Notes: generated from the letters alone by a model not told the origin. A stretch of DNA of 64,000 bases from an uncultured delta proteobacterium (GCA_963814585.1 CAWFDF010000014.1:480001-544000), one strand, 5' to 3'. Shown: positions 40,584 to 52,601, counted from the stretch's first letter. A program made the numbers and translations.

Positions 40584-42664
40584 CGCCCCGACCCGGAGGC
40601 GCCCAGCTGCAGCGGGACGCGGATCCCGACCACGTCACCGTCGAAGGGCGGGAAGACCAGCCGGCCGGCCGCACGGCGAAGGCAGGCTCCCAGCGGCGAG
40701 CTCTCGATGTCCGGATCCTCCACCTCCGAGGCCTCGACCGTTCCTGCCTGGCCGATGGCGACGAGGAGGGCGATCTTCCTGCCCGACAGCGCCGCGCCCC
40801 CCGGCGCGGTGATCGCGACCTCGACGCACGAGTCGAAGGACGGCTTCCCTCGTGCGATGGCGGCGTGGACCGCGGAGGGCGCCAGCGTCCTGCCGGCCGG
40901 CCTGGCGACCGGCGGCTCGGGAACCGGCGTGGCCTGGGCCGGGGCGACCGGTGCCGGGGCGGCCTGAGCCGGGGCGCTGGCAGCCAGGGGTGGCACGACC
41001 GCTCCGCCGGGAGGCCTGGCAGCCTCAGCAGGTGGAGGTGGAGCTGCCCTGGCGGGCCCGGCCTTCATGGCACCGGCCGCGGCACCGGTCGCCGGGGCGG
41101 CCGGTGCGGCGGCCACCGCCCTGGGCTTCTTCCTCTCGGCCTGCGGCGAGGCGGCGGGCTGGGCGTCGGCGACCGCGGACGCCCGCTGCTCGGCAGGCTT
41201 CTCGGCGCCTGTCTTGCCTGCGCCTGCCAGGGGCGCCGGCGGGCCCGCCGGAGCCGCGGTCCGCCCGGCGGCCGGAGCCGGCGCCCCGGGGGCCGGAGCG
41301 GGCGCGGGAGGCGGCGGAGCGGGGCAGGAGCGGTACCAGTCGCCGCCACGGGCCTCTGCCCGGCCTGGGCCGTCGGCTGCGCGGGAGACGACGGGGCCGG
41401 TGCCCCGGCGACCGCCGGCCGGGTCGCGCCCTCGGTCGCGGCCCGGTCCGCCAGCATGCTTCGAGCGATCAGCCCCACGGCGACCAGCGCCACCAGCCCC
41501 GAGACCGCGACCACGCCCCAGACCACCCCGAGCCGAGCCCCGGTGGCCTTGGCCAGCGCCTGCATCAGCGTCGGCTCGGCGAACGAGGCGGGCTCGGCGG
41601 CCTTGGCCGGCCCCGGGGCCTGGGCCGCCGCGGCGACGGCCGGCGGCGGGAGTCGATGCTGCTCGGTGAACTGCAGGTCGATGTCGACCGCCTCCTGGGT
41701 CTCGCCGGCCTGCCTGGGCGGCCCGGCCGGGGGAGGCGCGGCCACCGCGAACGGATCGGGCTCGGCGCGCCCCTCGCCTGGAGCCGGCCAGGGGCCGATG
41801 CCCGCCGCCGGCGGGAGGATCGACATGGCGGGCCACTGCGGGGCAGTCCCGGCCGGGGACGCCAGGGGGAGCGACCGCGGGACGGTCGTCGAGCTCGACC
41901 GGAGCGGATGGTCTGCGTCCCGGTGGCGGCGTCGGTGACGGTGCCGTGGCTGGCGGCTCCATCCAGGCCGGCCTGGAGGGCGCGGAGGTCTCCGGCCCGG
42001 GGAGTGGCGCGGCCCACGGCTCTGCTCGCGGCTGCAGCGGCTCCCGTGGTTCGGCGTCCCCGCCATGAGGCATCGATCCAGCCCCCAGGCTGGACCAGGC
42101 CATCGGCGCGGGCGTGGCCCTTCCGCCTGTCGCGGTCCTGGAACTGGGGCGGGGACCGGCCGGATGCGGCACGGCCGGATGCGGTGGGGCCGGATGCGGT
42201 ACGGCCGGTGCGGCCGGATGCGGTGCGGCCGGATGCGGTGCGGCCGGATGCGGTGCGGCCGGATGCGGTGCGGCCGGATGCGGTGCGGCCGGATGCGGTG
42301 CGGCCGGATGCGGTGCGGCCGGTTGCGGCACGGACGGAGGCGGTGCGGCCGGAACGGCTCCCTGAGGTCCCGCCGGATCCGACCGGGTGGCGGGCGGCGG
42401 CAGCGCCACGGGCCGGGTCGGCTCGATCGCCGGTCCCGGCCGGGCCGCGAGCGTGGTCCGTGTCGGGTTGGTCGCAGCCGGGAACGCGACGCTGGTCCTG
42501 TTCGGATTGTAAGGAATCGCCGACGGCGAGCGCGGAGGTCCCGAAGCCGGGATCTCGACGCGGATCTCGAATCCGCAGCTGCAGACGTGGCGATACACGC
42601 GACCGGGCTGCGGCTCTGCCGCGCTCATGTATCGCCTTCCGCATCTCTCACAGGCGAAGCGCAC
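40580..42664 (-). CDS. Zinc-ribbon / Pro-rich / TM / AgmX-PglI-C-like protein; several apparent frameshifts
   Basis: MRFACERCG..Y...CSCG N-terminus; TM segment in the frame of ORF 41065..42066; C-terminal FDSCV...G.V...LGACLRR...LVFPPFDG. Confidence 0.65.
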   Translation of the reverse strand: MRFACERCGRRYMSAAEPQPGRVYRHVCSCGFEIRVEIPASGPPRSPSAIPYNPNRTSVAFPAATNPTRTTLAARPGPAIEPTRPVALPPPATRSDPAGPQGAVPAAPPPSVPQPAAPHPAAPHPAAPHPAAPHPAAPHPAAPHPAAPHPAAPAVPHPAPPHPAVPHPAGPRPSSRTATGGRATPAPMAWSSLGAGSMPHGGDAEPREPLQPRAEPWAAPLPGPETSAPSRPAWMEPPATAPSPTPPPGRRPSAPVELDDRPAVAPPGVPGRDCPAVARHVDPPAGGGHRPLAGSRRGARRARSVRGGRASPGRAAQAGRRDPGGGRHRPAVHRAASTPAAGRRRGGPGPGAGQGRRARLVRRADADAGAGQGHRGSARGGLGRGRGLGAGGAGRRGADRSKHAGGPGRDRGRDPAGGRRGTGPVVSRAADGPGRAEARGGDWYRSCPAPPPPAPAPAPGAPAPAAGRTAAPAGPPAPLAGAGKTGAEKPAEQRASAVADAQPAASPQAERKKPRAVAAAPAAPATGAAAGAMKAGPARAAPPPPAEAARPPGGAVVPPLAASAPAQAAPAPVAPAQATPVPEPPVARPAGRTLAPSAVHAAIARGKPSFDSCVEVAITAPGGAALSGRKIALLVAIGQAGTVEASEVEDPDIESSPLGACLRRAAGRLVFPPFDGDVVGIRVPLQLGASGSGR
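42158..42346. repeat. 15-bp coding tandem repeat (GGCCGGATGCGGTGC)
   Basis: 7 perfect copies at 42212-42316 plus degenerate flanking copies; encodes (APHPA)n on the minus strand. Confidence 0.95.
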
Positions 42665-42697
42665 GGCGGGAGTCTACCCCAGGCCCGACCGAACCGG

Positions 42698-43904
42698 TCA
42701 GCTTCCAGGCCTGGCGACCGGATGACCCGACTCGTACCAGGCCCGCTCGTAGTCGCAGTGAACGTCCGACTCGGGCGGGTCCGGGTAGAAGACCGGGGCG
42801 CCGGCGTGGCTCATGAGCCAGGTGCCTCGCACCCCGTCCTCGAGCGCCTGACCGATCCCGGTGCCCGGCCCGCCCGCCACGTAGTCGGGCGCCAGGGTCA
42901 CCTTGCCGCCGCCGTCGGGGAGATCGACCGCGAGGTGCGGAAGCGCCAGGCCGCTCACCTTCCCGCGCAGCTCCCGGAGCAGTGCGACGCCGGCCGAAAG
43001 CGGCGTGCGAAGGTGCGCGGTGCCGCCGACCAGATCTCCCTGGTGCAGGTAGAGGCTGCGGACCCGCGAGCGAGAGCAGGCCGGTGAAGAGGTCACCGAG
43101 GATGCGGGCGGAGGAGTTGAGCCCGCGGAGCAGCACGGCCTGGTTCTCGACCGGCACGCCCCCGTCCACGAGGCGCGCGCAGGCCTCGGCCGCCTCGGGC
43201 GTCAGCTCCTTGGGATGGTTGAAGTGGGTGATGACGAAGAGCGGGGCGTGGCGGCGGAGCAGCCTGACCAGGGCGTCGTCGACCCTCATGGGCAGGACCA
43301 CCGGGGCGCGGGTGGCGAGCCGGATCACCTCGAGGTGCGGGACGGCCCGCAGCGGCGCGAGGACCGACTCCAGCCGCTCGTCGGAGAGGACGCCGGGATC
43401 CCCACCCGAGACGATCACCTCGCGCAGGCCCCGCTGCCCACGGATCCAGTCGATGCCCTCCTCCACGGCGGCGCGGTCGAATGCCCCCTCCTCGCCGCCG
43501 GTGATGCGGCGGCGAGTGCAGTGGCGGCAGTAGACCGGGCAGGTGTCGGTGACCAGCAGCAACGCTCGATCCGGGTACTTCCGCACCACGGCCCGCACCG
43601 CGCGGTGTCGCTCCTCGCCGGTGGGGTCGATCCGATCGCCGGCGGCCGCCTCGCCCTCGCCGCCGAGCGGGATGGACTGCCGCCGAACCGGGCAGGCCGG
43701 GTGACCGGGATCCATGAGCGCCGCGTAGTACGGCGTGACGGCGGTGCGCAGGCCGCCGAGCGCCAGCCCTCGCCGCTCGTCGTCGGTGAGCGGCAGCAGC
43801 CGGCCCAGCTCGCCCTCGGTCCGCAGCGCGTGGCGCAGCTGCCAGCGCCAGTCGCGCCAGTCGGCCTCGCTCACGCCGGGGAATCGTTCCTTCCAGGCCA
43901 TCAT
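42698..43904 (-). CDS. KamA family radical SAM protein (lysine 2,3-aminomutase-like), paralogue 1; apparent frameshift near 43070
   Basis: WRDWRWQ, KYPDR, CPVYCRHC, SGGDP, HFNHP, NQAVLL; YLHQGD and VDLPDGGGK in the next frame. Confidence 0.88.
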
Positions 43905-44075
43905 GGTGGGCCCGTCCCGGCCTTCCGGGACGCGGCGGCGCGGAAGCTAGTCCCCGCCCCTCGTGGAGTCAAACGGCGCGGCCCGGGGCAGGCGCCCCGC
44001 CCGCGGACGTGGCAGACTCCCGCCCGGCCGCGAGGTCGTCGCGGCCCGCCCGGAAGCGGGCGAGGAGGTAGCGCC

Positions 44076-45233
44076 ATGGAGAATCCCCCCAGCAGGGCGG
44101 CGCCGGTCGGCCACGTCCGCTCCCGCTTCCCCAACGCCCCACGCTCCATCTGGAAGGGCGTCCCCGATGCCCAGTGGAACGACTGGCACTGGCAGCAGCG
44201 CGAGCGGATCACCACCCTCGACCAGCTCGACCGGGTCATCCAGCTCACCGACGACGAGCGGCGCGCCGTCCAGGAGGCCGACGCCCAGTTCCACATGGGC
44301 ATCACCCCGTACTACGCCGCGCTCATGGACCCGCAGGACCCCACCTGCCCGGTTCGGCTCCAGTCGGTGCCGACCATGGGCGAGCTCACCTACACCGCCG
44401 CCGACCTCGAGGACCCGCTCGCCGAGGAGCGGGACATGCCGGTCCCCGGCATCACCCACCGCTACCCGGACCGCGTGCTCTTCTACACCACGCACAACTG
44501 CCCGGTGTACTGCCGCCACTGCACCCGCAAGCGCAAGGTGGCGGACCCGAGCAGCGCCGCCGCCAAGACGCAGATCGAGGACAGCCTCGCCTACATCGAG
44601 CACCACACCGAGATCCGCGACGTGGTCATCTCCGGCGGCGATCCGCTCTCGCTCTCCGACGAGCGGCTCGACTCCATCCTGGGGCGGCTGCGGGCCATCC
44701 CCCACGTCGAGATCTTCCGGCTGGGGACGCGCAACCTGGTGACGCTGCCGCAACGGATCACCGACGACCTGGTGCGCATGCTCCGCCAGCACCAGCCGGT
44801 CTACGTCAACACCCACTTCAACCACCCGCTGGAGTGCACCGGCGAGGCCTTCGACGCCGCCCGTCGGATGGCCGACGCGGGCTGCGTCATCGGCAACCAG
44901 ATGGTGCTGCTCAAGGGCGTCAACGACGATCCGCGCACCGTCAAGGAGCTCAACCACAAGCTGCTGATGATGCGGATCCGCCCCTACTACATCTACCAGT
45001 GCGACCTGGCGCGGGGGATCAGCCACTTCCGGACGCCCATCGAGGCGGGGCGGCGCATCATCCGGTCGCTGCGCGGCCACACCAGCGGCATGGCCGTCCC
45101 CTACTTCGTGGTCGACGCGCCCAGCGGCGGCGGCAAGATCCCGGTCAACCCCGACTACGTGGTCCGCCACGAGGGGAAGCGCTGGGTGCTGCGCAACTTC
45201 GCCGGCAAGGAGTTCACCTACGACGAGCCCTGA
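44076..45233 (+). CDS. kamA: KamA family radical SAM protein (lysine 2,3-aminomutase), paralogue 2
   Basis: WNDWHWQ, THRYPDRVL, CPVYCRHC, SGGDPL, HFNHP, PYYIYQCD, VVDAPSGGGKIP. Confidence 0.9.
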   Translation: MENPPSRAAPVGHVRSRFPNAPRSIWKGVPDAQWNDWHWQQRERITTLDQLDRVIQLTDDERRAVQEADAQFHMGITPYYAALMDPQDPTCPVRLQSVPTMGELTYTAADLEDPLAEERDMPVPGITHRYPDRVLFYTTHNCPVYCRHCTRKRKVADPSSAAAKTQIEDSLAYIEHHTEIRDVVISGGDPLSLSDERLDSILGRLRAIPHVEIFRLGTRNLVTLPQRITDDLVRMLRQHQPVYVNTHFNHPLECTGEAFDAARRMADAGCVIGNQMVLLKGVNDDPRTVKELNHKLLMMRIRPYYIYQCDLARGISHFRTPIEAGRRIIRSLRGHTSGMAVPYFVVDAPSGGGKIPVNPDYVVRHEGKRWVLRNFAGKEFTYDEP

Positions 45234-45244
45234 GGGCCGGCGCC

Positions 45245-45712
45245 TCACCGACCGGGGGGAGCGCCCCACATCTCCTCGATGACCTCGCGGCGGTGGTCGA
45301 AGATGGTGTCGAGCTGGCGGCGCACCACCAGCGCCCGCACCAGCGCTCCGACCGGGCCGAACGGCAGCCGGTACTCCACCCGGTCGCCGATGATCGTCCC
45401 GCCGGGCGCGTCGGCAAAGGTGTGGGTGTGACGCCATCGGCGGTAGGGGCCGCGCCGCTGCACGTCCACGAACCCCACCCCCGGCTCGAAGGACTCGATC
45501 TCGGTCCGCCAACGGAACGGCAGCCCGAAGAGGGAGAGCCGGTAGTCGATGAGCACCCCGGGCCGCATCTCGATGGGGGACGGCGTCAGGATCTCGAAGC
45601 GCAGGAACCGCGGCGTGAGCCGCTCGAGGTTCCGGGCGTCGGCGAAGAAGGCGAAGACCTCCTGGCGTGGTCGCGGGACCAGCTGGGATCGCTCCAGCAG
45701 GTGGTCGGCCAT
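45245..45712 (-). CDS. SRPBCC family protein
   Basis: EVFAFF..ARNLERLTP, FVDVQRRGPYRRWRHTHTF, IFDHR. Confidence 0.85.
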   Translation of the reverse strand: MADHLLERSQLVPRPRQEVFAFFADARNLERLTPRFLRFEILTPSPIEMRPGVLIDYRLSLFGLPFRWRTEIESFEPGVGFVDVQRRGPYRRWRHTHTFADAPGGTIIGDRVEYRLPFGPVGALVRALVVRRQLDTIFDHRREVIEEMWGAPPGR

Positions 45713-45719
45713 GACACGC

Positions 45720-46124
45720 TCAGACGACGGCCACGGCGTCGATCTCGACGCGCGCCCCGCGCGGCAGCGCCGCCACCTGCACGGTGGCCCGGGCCGGGGG
45801 GGTGGCGGGGAAGGACCCGCCGTAGACCTGGTTCACGGCGGCGAAGTCGGCCAGGTCGGTCAGGTAGATGGTGGTCTTCACCACGTCCCGGAAGCCGGCG
45901 CCGCTGGCCGCCAGGACGGCCTCGAGGTTGGCCATCACCTGCCTGGTCTCGTCCTCGATGCTCCCCTTCACCAGCTGGCCGGTCCCGGGGTCGAGCGGGA
46001 TCTGTCCCGAGAGGAAGAGGAACGCCCTGGGGGAGCCGCCCGGCGCGCCGGTGCGGACGACGACCGCCTGGCTGTAAGGCCCGATGGCCCCCGGTGCGGC
46101 GCTGGTGGAGATGACCTCGTGCAT
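45720..46124 (-). CDS. ridA: RidA/YjgF enamine deaminase
   Basis: APGAIGPYSQA, SGQIPLDP, PPARATVQVAALP, VEID. Confidence 0.93.
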   Translation of the reverse strand: MHEVISTSAAPGAIGPYSQAVVVRTGAPGGSPRAFLFLSGQIPLDPGTGQLVKGSIEDETRQVMANLEAVLAASGAGFRDVVKTTIYLTDLADFAAVNQVYGGSFPATPPARATVQVAALPRGARVEIDAVAVV

Positions 46125-46145
46125 GTGCCCTCCCTGCGGCGCCGC

Positions 46146-48317
46146 TCAGGCGCGGTCGGCCGCGTGAACCCCGTCGATGCGCAGGATGTCGCGCAGCACG
46201 CCGGTCAGCTCCTTGACCCCGGTGATCTCGACCTGCAGGTCCACCACGGCGCGGTCGCCGCTGGTCTTGACGTTGGCCTGCGAGATGTTGATGTCGGCCT
46301 CGGCGAAGGCGCGTGAGATCTTGGCCAGCAGGCCGGGCCGATCGCTGGCGATGATGCGGACCGCCACCGGCCGCTTGAAGTCGCCCTTGACGTCCCAGGT
46401 CACGTCGACGCGCCGCTCGGCCGAGCTCTCCAGGACCTTGTCGCAGCCCGCGGTGTGCACGGTGACGCCGCGGCCGCGGGTGATGAAGCCGACGATGGCG
46501 TCTCCGGGCACCGGGTTGCAGCACTTGCCGTAACGCACCAGCATGTCGTCCACGCCGCTGACCCGCACGCCGCTCGACGTGGAGCGGCGCGCCACCTTGC
46601 GGAAGAGCTCGGAGAGCCGCGAGGCGGGCGCCTCCGGGACCAGCGGCGCCTGCAGCTGCTCCTGCGGCAGGAGCTGCGCCAGGAGCTGCTGGGTGGAGAC
46701 CTTGCCGTAGCCGATGCCGGCCAGCAGGTCGTCGCCGTTGCGATAGCCGAACGGCGCCGCCGCCTTGGCCAGCTGCCCCGACTTCTCCACCTTGGCGAGC
46801 GAGAGGCCGTACTTGCGCAGGTCCTTCTCGGCGAGCTCCCGCCCGATCTCCAGGGAGCGGCGCTGCTCCTCCTGCCGGATGTACTGCCGGATGCGCGCCT
46901 GGCCCCGGCTGGTCTTGACGAAGCCCAGCCAGTCCTTGGAGGGGTGGGCATGGGGCGAGGTGAGGATCTCGACGGTGTCGCCGTTCTTGAGCTGCTGCCG
47001 CAGCGGCACCAGCTTCCCGTTCACCTTGGCGCCGACGCAGTGGGTGCCGATCTCGGAGTGGATGGTGAAGGCGAAGTCGACCGGCGTGGCGCCGCGCGGC
47101 AGCGCCCGGATGGCCCCCTTGGGCGTGAAGACGAAGACCTCGTCGGAGAAGAGGTCCACCTTGACGGTCTCGAGGAACTCGCGCGGATCGTCCACCTCCC
47201 GCTGGAACTCGACCAGCTGCCGGAGCCACCCGAACTGCGCGGCGTCCTTGGCCGTCAACGGCTGGCCCGATCCGTCCCGGCCGGCCTCCTTGTAGGCCCA
47301 GTGGGCCGCCACGCCTTCCTCGGCGATGCGGTGCATCTCGGCCGTCCGGATCTGCACCTCGATCCGCTCGCCGCGAGGGCCGACCACGGTGGTGTGGAGC
47401 GACTGGTAGCCGTTGGGCTTGGGGATGGCGATGTAGTCCTTGAAGCGCCCCGGAACCGGCTTCCAGAGGGAGTGGATGACGCCCAGCGACTCGTAGCACT
47501 CGGCCACCGAGGCCACGATGACCCGGAAGCCGATGACGTCCTGGATCTGGTCGAAGTCGACGTCGAGCTGCCGCATCTTCCGCCAGACCGAGTAGGCGTG
47601 CTTGACGCGCCCCGAGACGTCCGGCTTCAGCCCCTGGCCTTCCAGCTTCTCGCGGATGATCCCCACCACCTCGGCGACGAACCTCTCCTTGGCGCGCTCC
47701 ATGGCGGCGATGCGTCCGGCCAGGTCGGCGTAGTCGGTGGGGCGCAGGTACTTGAACGCCAGCTCCTCCAGCTCGGTCTTGACCCACTGGATGCCGAGCC
47801 GGTTGGCGAGCGGCGCGTAGATGTCGAGCGTCTCCTGGGCGATCCGCTCCTGCGCCTCGGGCTTCATGTGGTCGAGCGTCCGCATGTTGTGCGTCCGATC
47901 GGCCAGCTTGACGAGCAGGACCCGGATGTCCTTGGCCATCGCCACCACCATCTTGCGGAAGTTCTCCGCCTGCTTCTCCTCCCGGGTGTCGGCGGCGCTG
48001 AACTTGGAGAGCTTGGTGACCCCCTCGACGAGGTCGGCGATCTCGGCGCCGAACAGCCCGGCGATCTCCTCGCGCGTGGCCAGGGTGTCCTCGATGGTGT
48101 CGTGCAGCATCCCGGTCACGACGCTGGCCTCGTCGAGCTTCAGCTCGGCGAGGATGCCGGCCACCTCCAGCGGGTGGACCAGGTAGGGCTCGCCCGACTG
48201 GCGCAGCTGACCCTGGTGGACCTTGGCCGAGTAGACGTAGGCCTTCTTGATCAGGTCGAGGTCGGGGTCCGGGTGGTAGCTGGCGACCCGGTCGAGGATG
48301 TCGTTCAAGCGCAGCAA
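46146..48317 (-). CDS. rel: Bifunctional (p)ppGpp synthetase/hydrolase Rel (HD-SYNTH-TGS-ACT)
   Basis: HQGQLRQSGEPY, LHDTIED, KLADRTHN, PKPNGYQSLHT, EVQIRT, TPVDFAF, KCCNPVPGD. Confidence 0.97.
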   Translation of the reverse strand: MLRLNDILDRVASYHPDPDLDLIKKAYVYSAKVHQGQLRQSGEPYLVHPLEVAGILAELKLDEASVVTGMLHDTIEDTLATREEIAGLFGAEIADLVEGVTKLSKFSAADTREEKQAENFRKMVVAMAKDIRVLLVKLADRTHNMRTLDHMKPEAQERIAQETLDIYAPLANRLGIQWVKTELEELAFKYLRPTDYADLAGRIAAMERAKERFVAEVVGIIREKLEGQGLKPDVSGRVKHAYSVWRKMRQLDVDFDQIQDVIGFRVIVASVAECYESLGVIHSLWKPVPGRFKDYIAIPKPNGYQSLHTTVVGPRGERIEVQIRTAEMHRIAEEGVAAHWAYKEAGRDGSGQPLTAKDAAQFGWLRQLVEFQREVDDPREFLETVKVDLFSDEVFVFTPKGAIRALPRGATPVDFAFTIHSEIGTHCVGAKVNGKLVPLRQQLKNGDTVEILTSPHAHPSKDWLGFVKTSRGQARIRQYIRQEEQRRSLEIGRELAEKDLRKYGLSLAKVEKSGQLAKAAAPFGYRNGDDLLAGIGYGKVSTQQLLAQLLPQEQLQAPLVPEAPASRLSELFRKVARRSTSSGVRVSGVDDMLVRYGKCCNPVPGDAIVGFITRGRGVTVHTAGCDKVLESSAERRVDVTWDVKGDFKRPVAVRIIASDRPGLLAKISRAFAEADINISQANVKTSGDRAVVDLQVEITGVKELTGVLRDILRIDGVHAADRA

Positions 48318-48429
48318 GGCCTTTCAGAGTAGCGTCCAGCTCACCGGCCGGGCAAGGCCGAGCCGGGTCCGATGCCGCCGCGGTTGAGCCGCCGGCGGCC
48401 CCGGGGTAGAAATTCCGGACGGGGGCCCT

Positions 48430-49587
48430 GTGCTCAAGTGCAAGTCCTGTGGCGGCACGCTCGACCTCACCATGAGCGTCTGCCCGGCGTGCGGTGCCGA
48501 GGTGGAGCTGGGCCGGCTCACCGGCATCCTCGGCATCGTCTGCCGGGCCTGCGACGCCTACAACGAGCCCGGGGCCCGGACCTGTTCCTCCTGTGGCGCG
48601 TCCATCGGCGAGCTGCCGGGAGCGACGCCCACGCCGGCGTCCACCCCGTCCACCCCGTCCGCCGAGCCGAACCGGCCCGGGCCGGCCCTGACCCCGCCGG
48701 CCCTCACGCCGCAGGCCGGCGCGCCGGCGCCCGCGGTCCCGGCCCCGGGCCAGCCGGTGCTCCGCGCCTTCCAGCGGGGGGCCGCCGCGCCCACCCGCGT
48801 CGTCCCGCTGATCCCGTCCCAGCCGCTCCCGGGGGCGCCTCCGGCGCCAGGGCCGGTCGCGCCGGTCGCGCCGCCAGCCACGCCCGTGGCGCCGGCGCCG
48901 CGGGTCGCCCTGGCCCCCGGGCCGCTGCTCCCGGGCCGCGCCGCGCTGGTCCTCGAGCGCGGCGAGGGGCCCGACGGCGCCACCTTCCAGCTCGACCGGG
49001 ACGTGGTGGGCGCCGGGCGGACCCAGGGCGCCGTCACCTTCCCGGATGATCCCTGCCTCGGCCCGCTCCACGCCACCTTCTACTACCAGTCCGGCTCCCT
49101 CCACCTGCGCGACGAGGGCGCCCCCGGTGGGACCTACCTGCGGCTGCGCGGCCCCTCGGTGCCGCTCCGCGCTGGCGACCTCTTCGCCATCGGCGGCCGG
49201 CTGCTCCGCTTCGCCGGCGCCCTGCCCCCGGCGCCGCCCGGCCCGCCCGACGGGACCCGGCGCCTCGGGGCGCCTCGCCCGCCCACGCCGACCGTGGTCA
49301 TCGAGGAGCTGCTCGAGGGCGGCGTCACCGGCCGCGTCTACGTCCGCGGCGGCGGCTCGGTGACCATTGGCCGCTCCGGCTGCGCCGTGAACCTCGGCGA
49401 CGACCCCGATCTCTCCCAGGCCCACGCCGAGCTGGTGGTCGACTCGGCCGGGGGCGCCCGGCTCAAGGACCTCGGCACCTCCGCCGGCACCTTCGTCCGC
49501 GTCCCGCCACGCGCCGAGCGGGAGCTGCACGACGGCGACTGGGTGCGGCTCGGGCGCGAGGTGCTCCGGGTCGCGGTCAACGACTGA
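48430..49587 (+). CDS. Double zinc-ribbon plus tandem FHA protein (degenerate FHA motifs)
   Basis: 4 CxxC pairs, Pro-rich linker, GR...LGPLH and GR...LSQAH. Confidence 0.8.
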   Translation: MLKCKSCGGTLDLTMSVCPACGAEVELGRLTGILGIVCRACDAYNEPGARTCSSCGASIGELPGATPTPASTPSTPSAEPNRPGPALTPPALTPQAGAPAPAVPAPGQPVLRAFQRGAAAPTRVVPLIPSQPLPGAPPAPGPVAPVAPPATPVAPAPRVALAPGPLLPGRAALVLERGEGPDGATFQLDRDVVGAGRTQGAVTFPDDPCLGPLHATFYYQSGSLHLRDEGAPGGTYLRLRGPSVPLRAGDLFAIGGRLLRFAGALPPAPPGPPDGTRRLGAPRPPTPTVVIEELLEGGVTGRVYVRGGGSVTIGRSGCAVNLGDDPDLSQAHAELVVDSAGGARLKDLGTSAGTFVRVPPRAERELHDGDWVRLGREVLRVAVND

Positions 49588-49607
49588 GGGCGCACCAGGG
49601 AGCCCGC

Positions 49608-49907
49608 ATGGCCATCGCCTTCCTCACCATCACGCCGCTCGGCACCGGCACCCCCAGCGTCTCCCGCTTCGTGGCCGGCGTGGAGATCATCCTGCGCGGC
49701 ACCTCGCTCAGCCACCAGCTCACCGCCATGGGGACCATCATCGAGGGCGACCTCGACGAGATCCTCGCGGTGGTGCGCCGCATGCACGAGCACCCCTTCA
49801 CCATGGGGGCGCAGCGCGTCTCCACCTCGCTGCGCATCGACGACCGGCGCGACAAGCCGCACAGCATCGCCGGCAAGATGCGCTCGGTGGAGGAGAAGCT
49901 GAGGTGA
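49608..49907 (+). CDS. MTH1187/YkoF-like thiamine-binding protein
   Basis: ITPLGT..SVS.FV, LTAMGTIIEG, RIDDRRDK, K..SV. Confidence 0.88.
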   Translation: MAIAFLTITPLGTGTPSVSRFVAGVEIILRGTSLSHQLTAMGTIIEGDLDEILAVVRRMHEHPFTMGAQRVSTSLRIDDRRDKPHSIAGKMRSVEEKLR

Positions 49908-49922
49908 CGCTGGCGCTCGAGG

Positions 49923-51593
<1,671 letters not shown>

Positions 51594-51670
51594 GGCCCGG
51601 CATCTTACACCGGCGGGCCGGGCCGGCGAGACGCGTTGACCCCCCGGCCCGGGCGTGGCGAAATGCGCGG

Positions 51671-52582
51671 ATGGCCAGGCCGGTGAAGTGCCCCCGCTGC
51701 GGGCGGGACAACGACGCGACCTTCGCCTTCTGCCTCGACTGCGGACAGGCCATGCGGCCCACCGGGGCCGGGACCGCGGCGCGGCACTGCGTCGGCTGTG
51801 GCGCCGCGCTCCAGCCGGGCTTCAAGTTCTGCGCCCACTGCGGCCGGCCCGCCGCCGCCGGGACCCCGGCGCCGGTGGCCCCGCCCGCCGCCGCGCGCCG
51901 CCCCCCGCCCGCCAGCACCTCCGGCACCTCGCTGCAGGTGACGGTGATGGAGTCCCCGCCGCGCCTCTGCGCCGTCCGTCACGACGGGTTGCCCGGGCTG
52001 GTGGTGGAGCTGGACCGCGAGGAGACCCTCTGCGGGCGGACCGAGGGCGAGCTGCGGCTGTCCGACGACCCGACCGTCTCCCCCCGCCACGCCCGCTTCA
52101 TCCGCCGCGGCAAGCAGGTGCGGGTCGAGGACCTGGGGAGCGTCAACGGCACCTACCTGCGGCTCCGGGGGAGCCACCGGATCACGGTCGGCGAGGAGCT
52201 CCGGATCGGGCGCCAGCTGGTCCGGGTGGAGCCCCTGCCGCGTCCCGCCCCGGGCAGCGACCAGGACGGCCGGGCCTGGGGCTCGGTCGATCCGGGCGCC
52301 ACGCTGCGGCTGGCGCAGCTCCTCGAGGGCGGTGGCGTGGCCGAGATCTTCCCGCTGCGGCCTGGCGAGAACACCGTGGGCCGCGACGCCGGCGACATCA
52401 CCTTCCCGGGCGACCGCTACGTCTCGGCGCGCCACGCCGTCATCCAGGTGGAGCCTGGCGGCGTGACCATCACCGACCTGGGCAGCTCCAACGGCAGCTT
52501 CGTCAAGGTGGTCGGAGGGGCCGACCTGGCGCCCGGCGATCAGCTCCTGCTGGGCGCGCAGCTCTTCCGGCTCGACGCCTGA
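51671..52582 (+). CDS. Double zinc-ribbon plus tandem FHA protein
   Basis: 4 CxxC pairs; two canonical FHA motifs GR...S.RH...NG. Confidence 0.9.
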   Translation: MARPVKCPRCGRDNDATFAFCLDCGQAMRPTGAGTAARHCVGCGAALQPGFKFCAHCGRPAAAGTPAPVAPPAAARRPPPASTSGTSLQVTVMESPPRLCAVRHDGLPGLVVELDREETLCGRTEGELRLSDDPTVSPRHARFIRRGKQVRVEDLGSVNGTYLRLRGSHRITVGEELRIGRQLVRVEPLPRPAPGSDQDGRAWGSVDPGATLRLAQLLEGGGVAEIFPLRPGENTVGRDAGDITFPGDRYVSARHAVIQVEPGGVTITDLGSSNGSFVKVVGGADLAPGDQLLLGAQLFRLDA

Positions 52583-52601
52583 CCGGCCGCGCGCCTCCCG
52601 G

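Noticed and set aside
42158..42346. 15-bp repeat as a CRISPR array
   Set aside because: Units are directly adjacent with no spacers, lie in frame inside a CDS, and no cas genes are present
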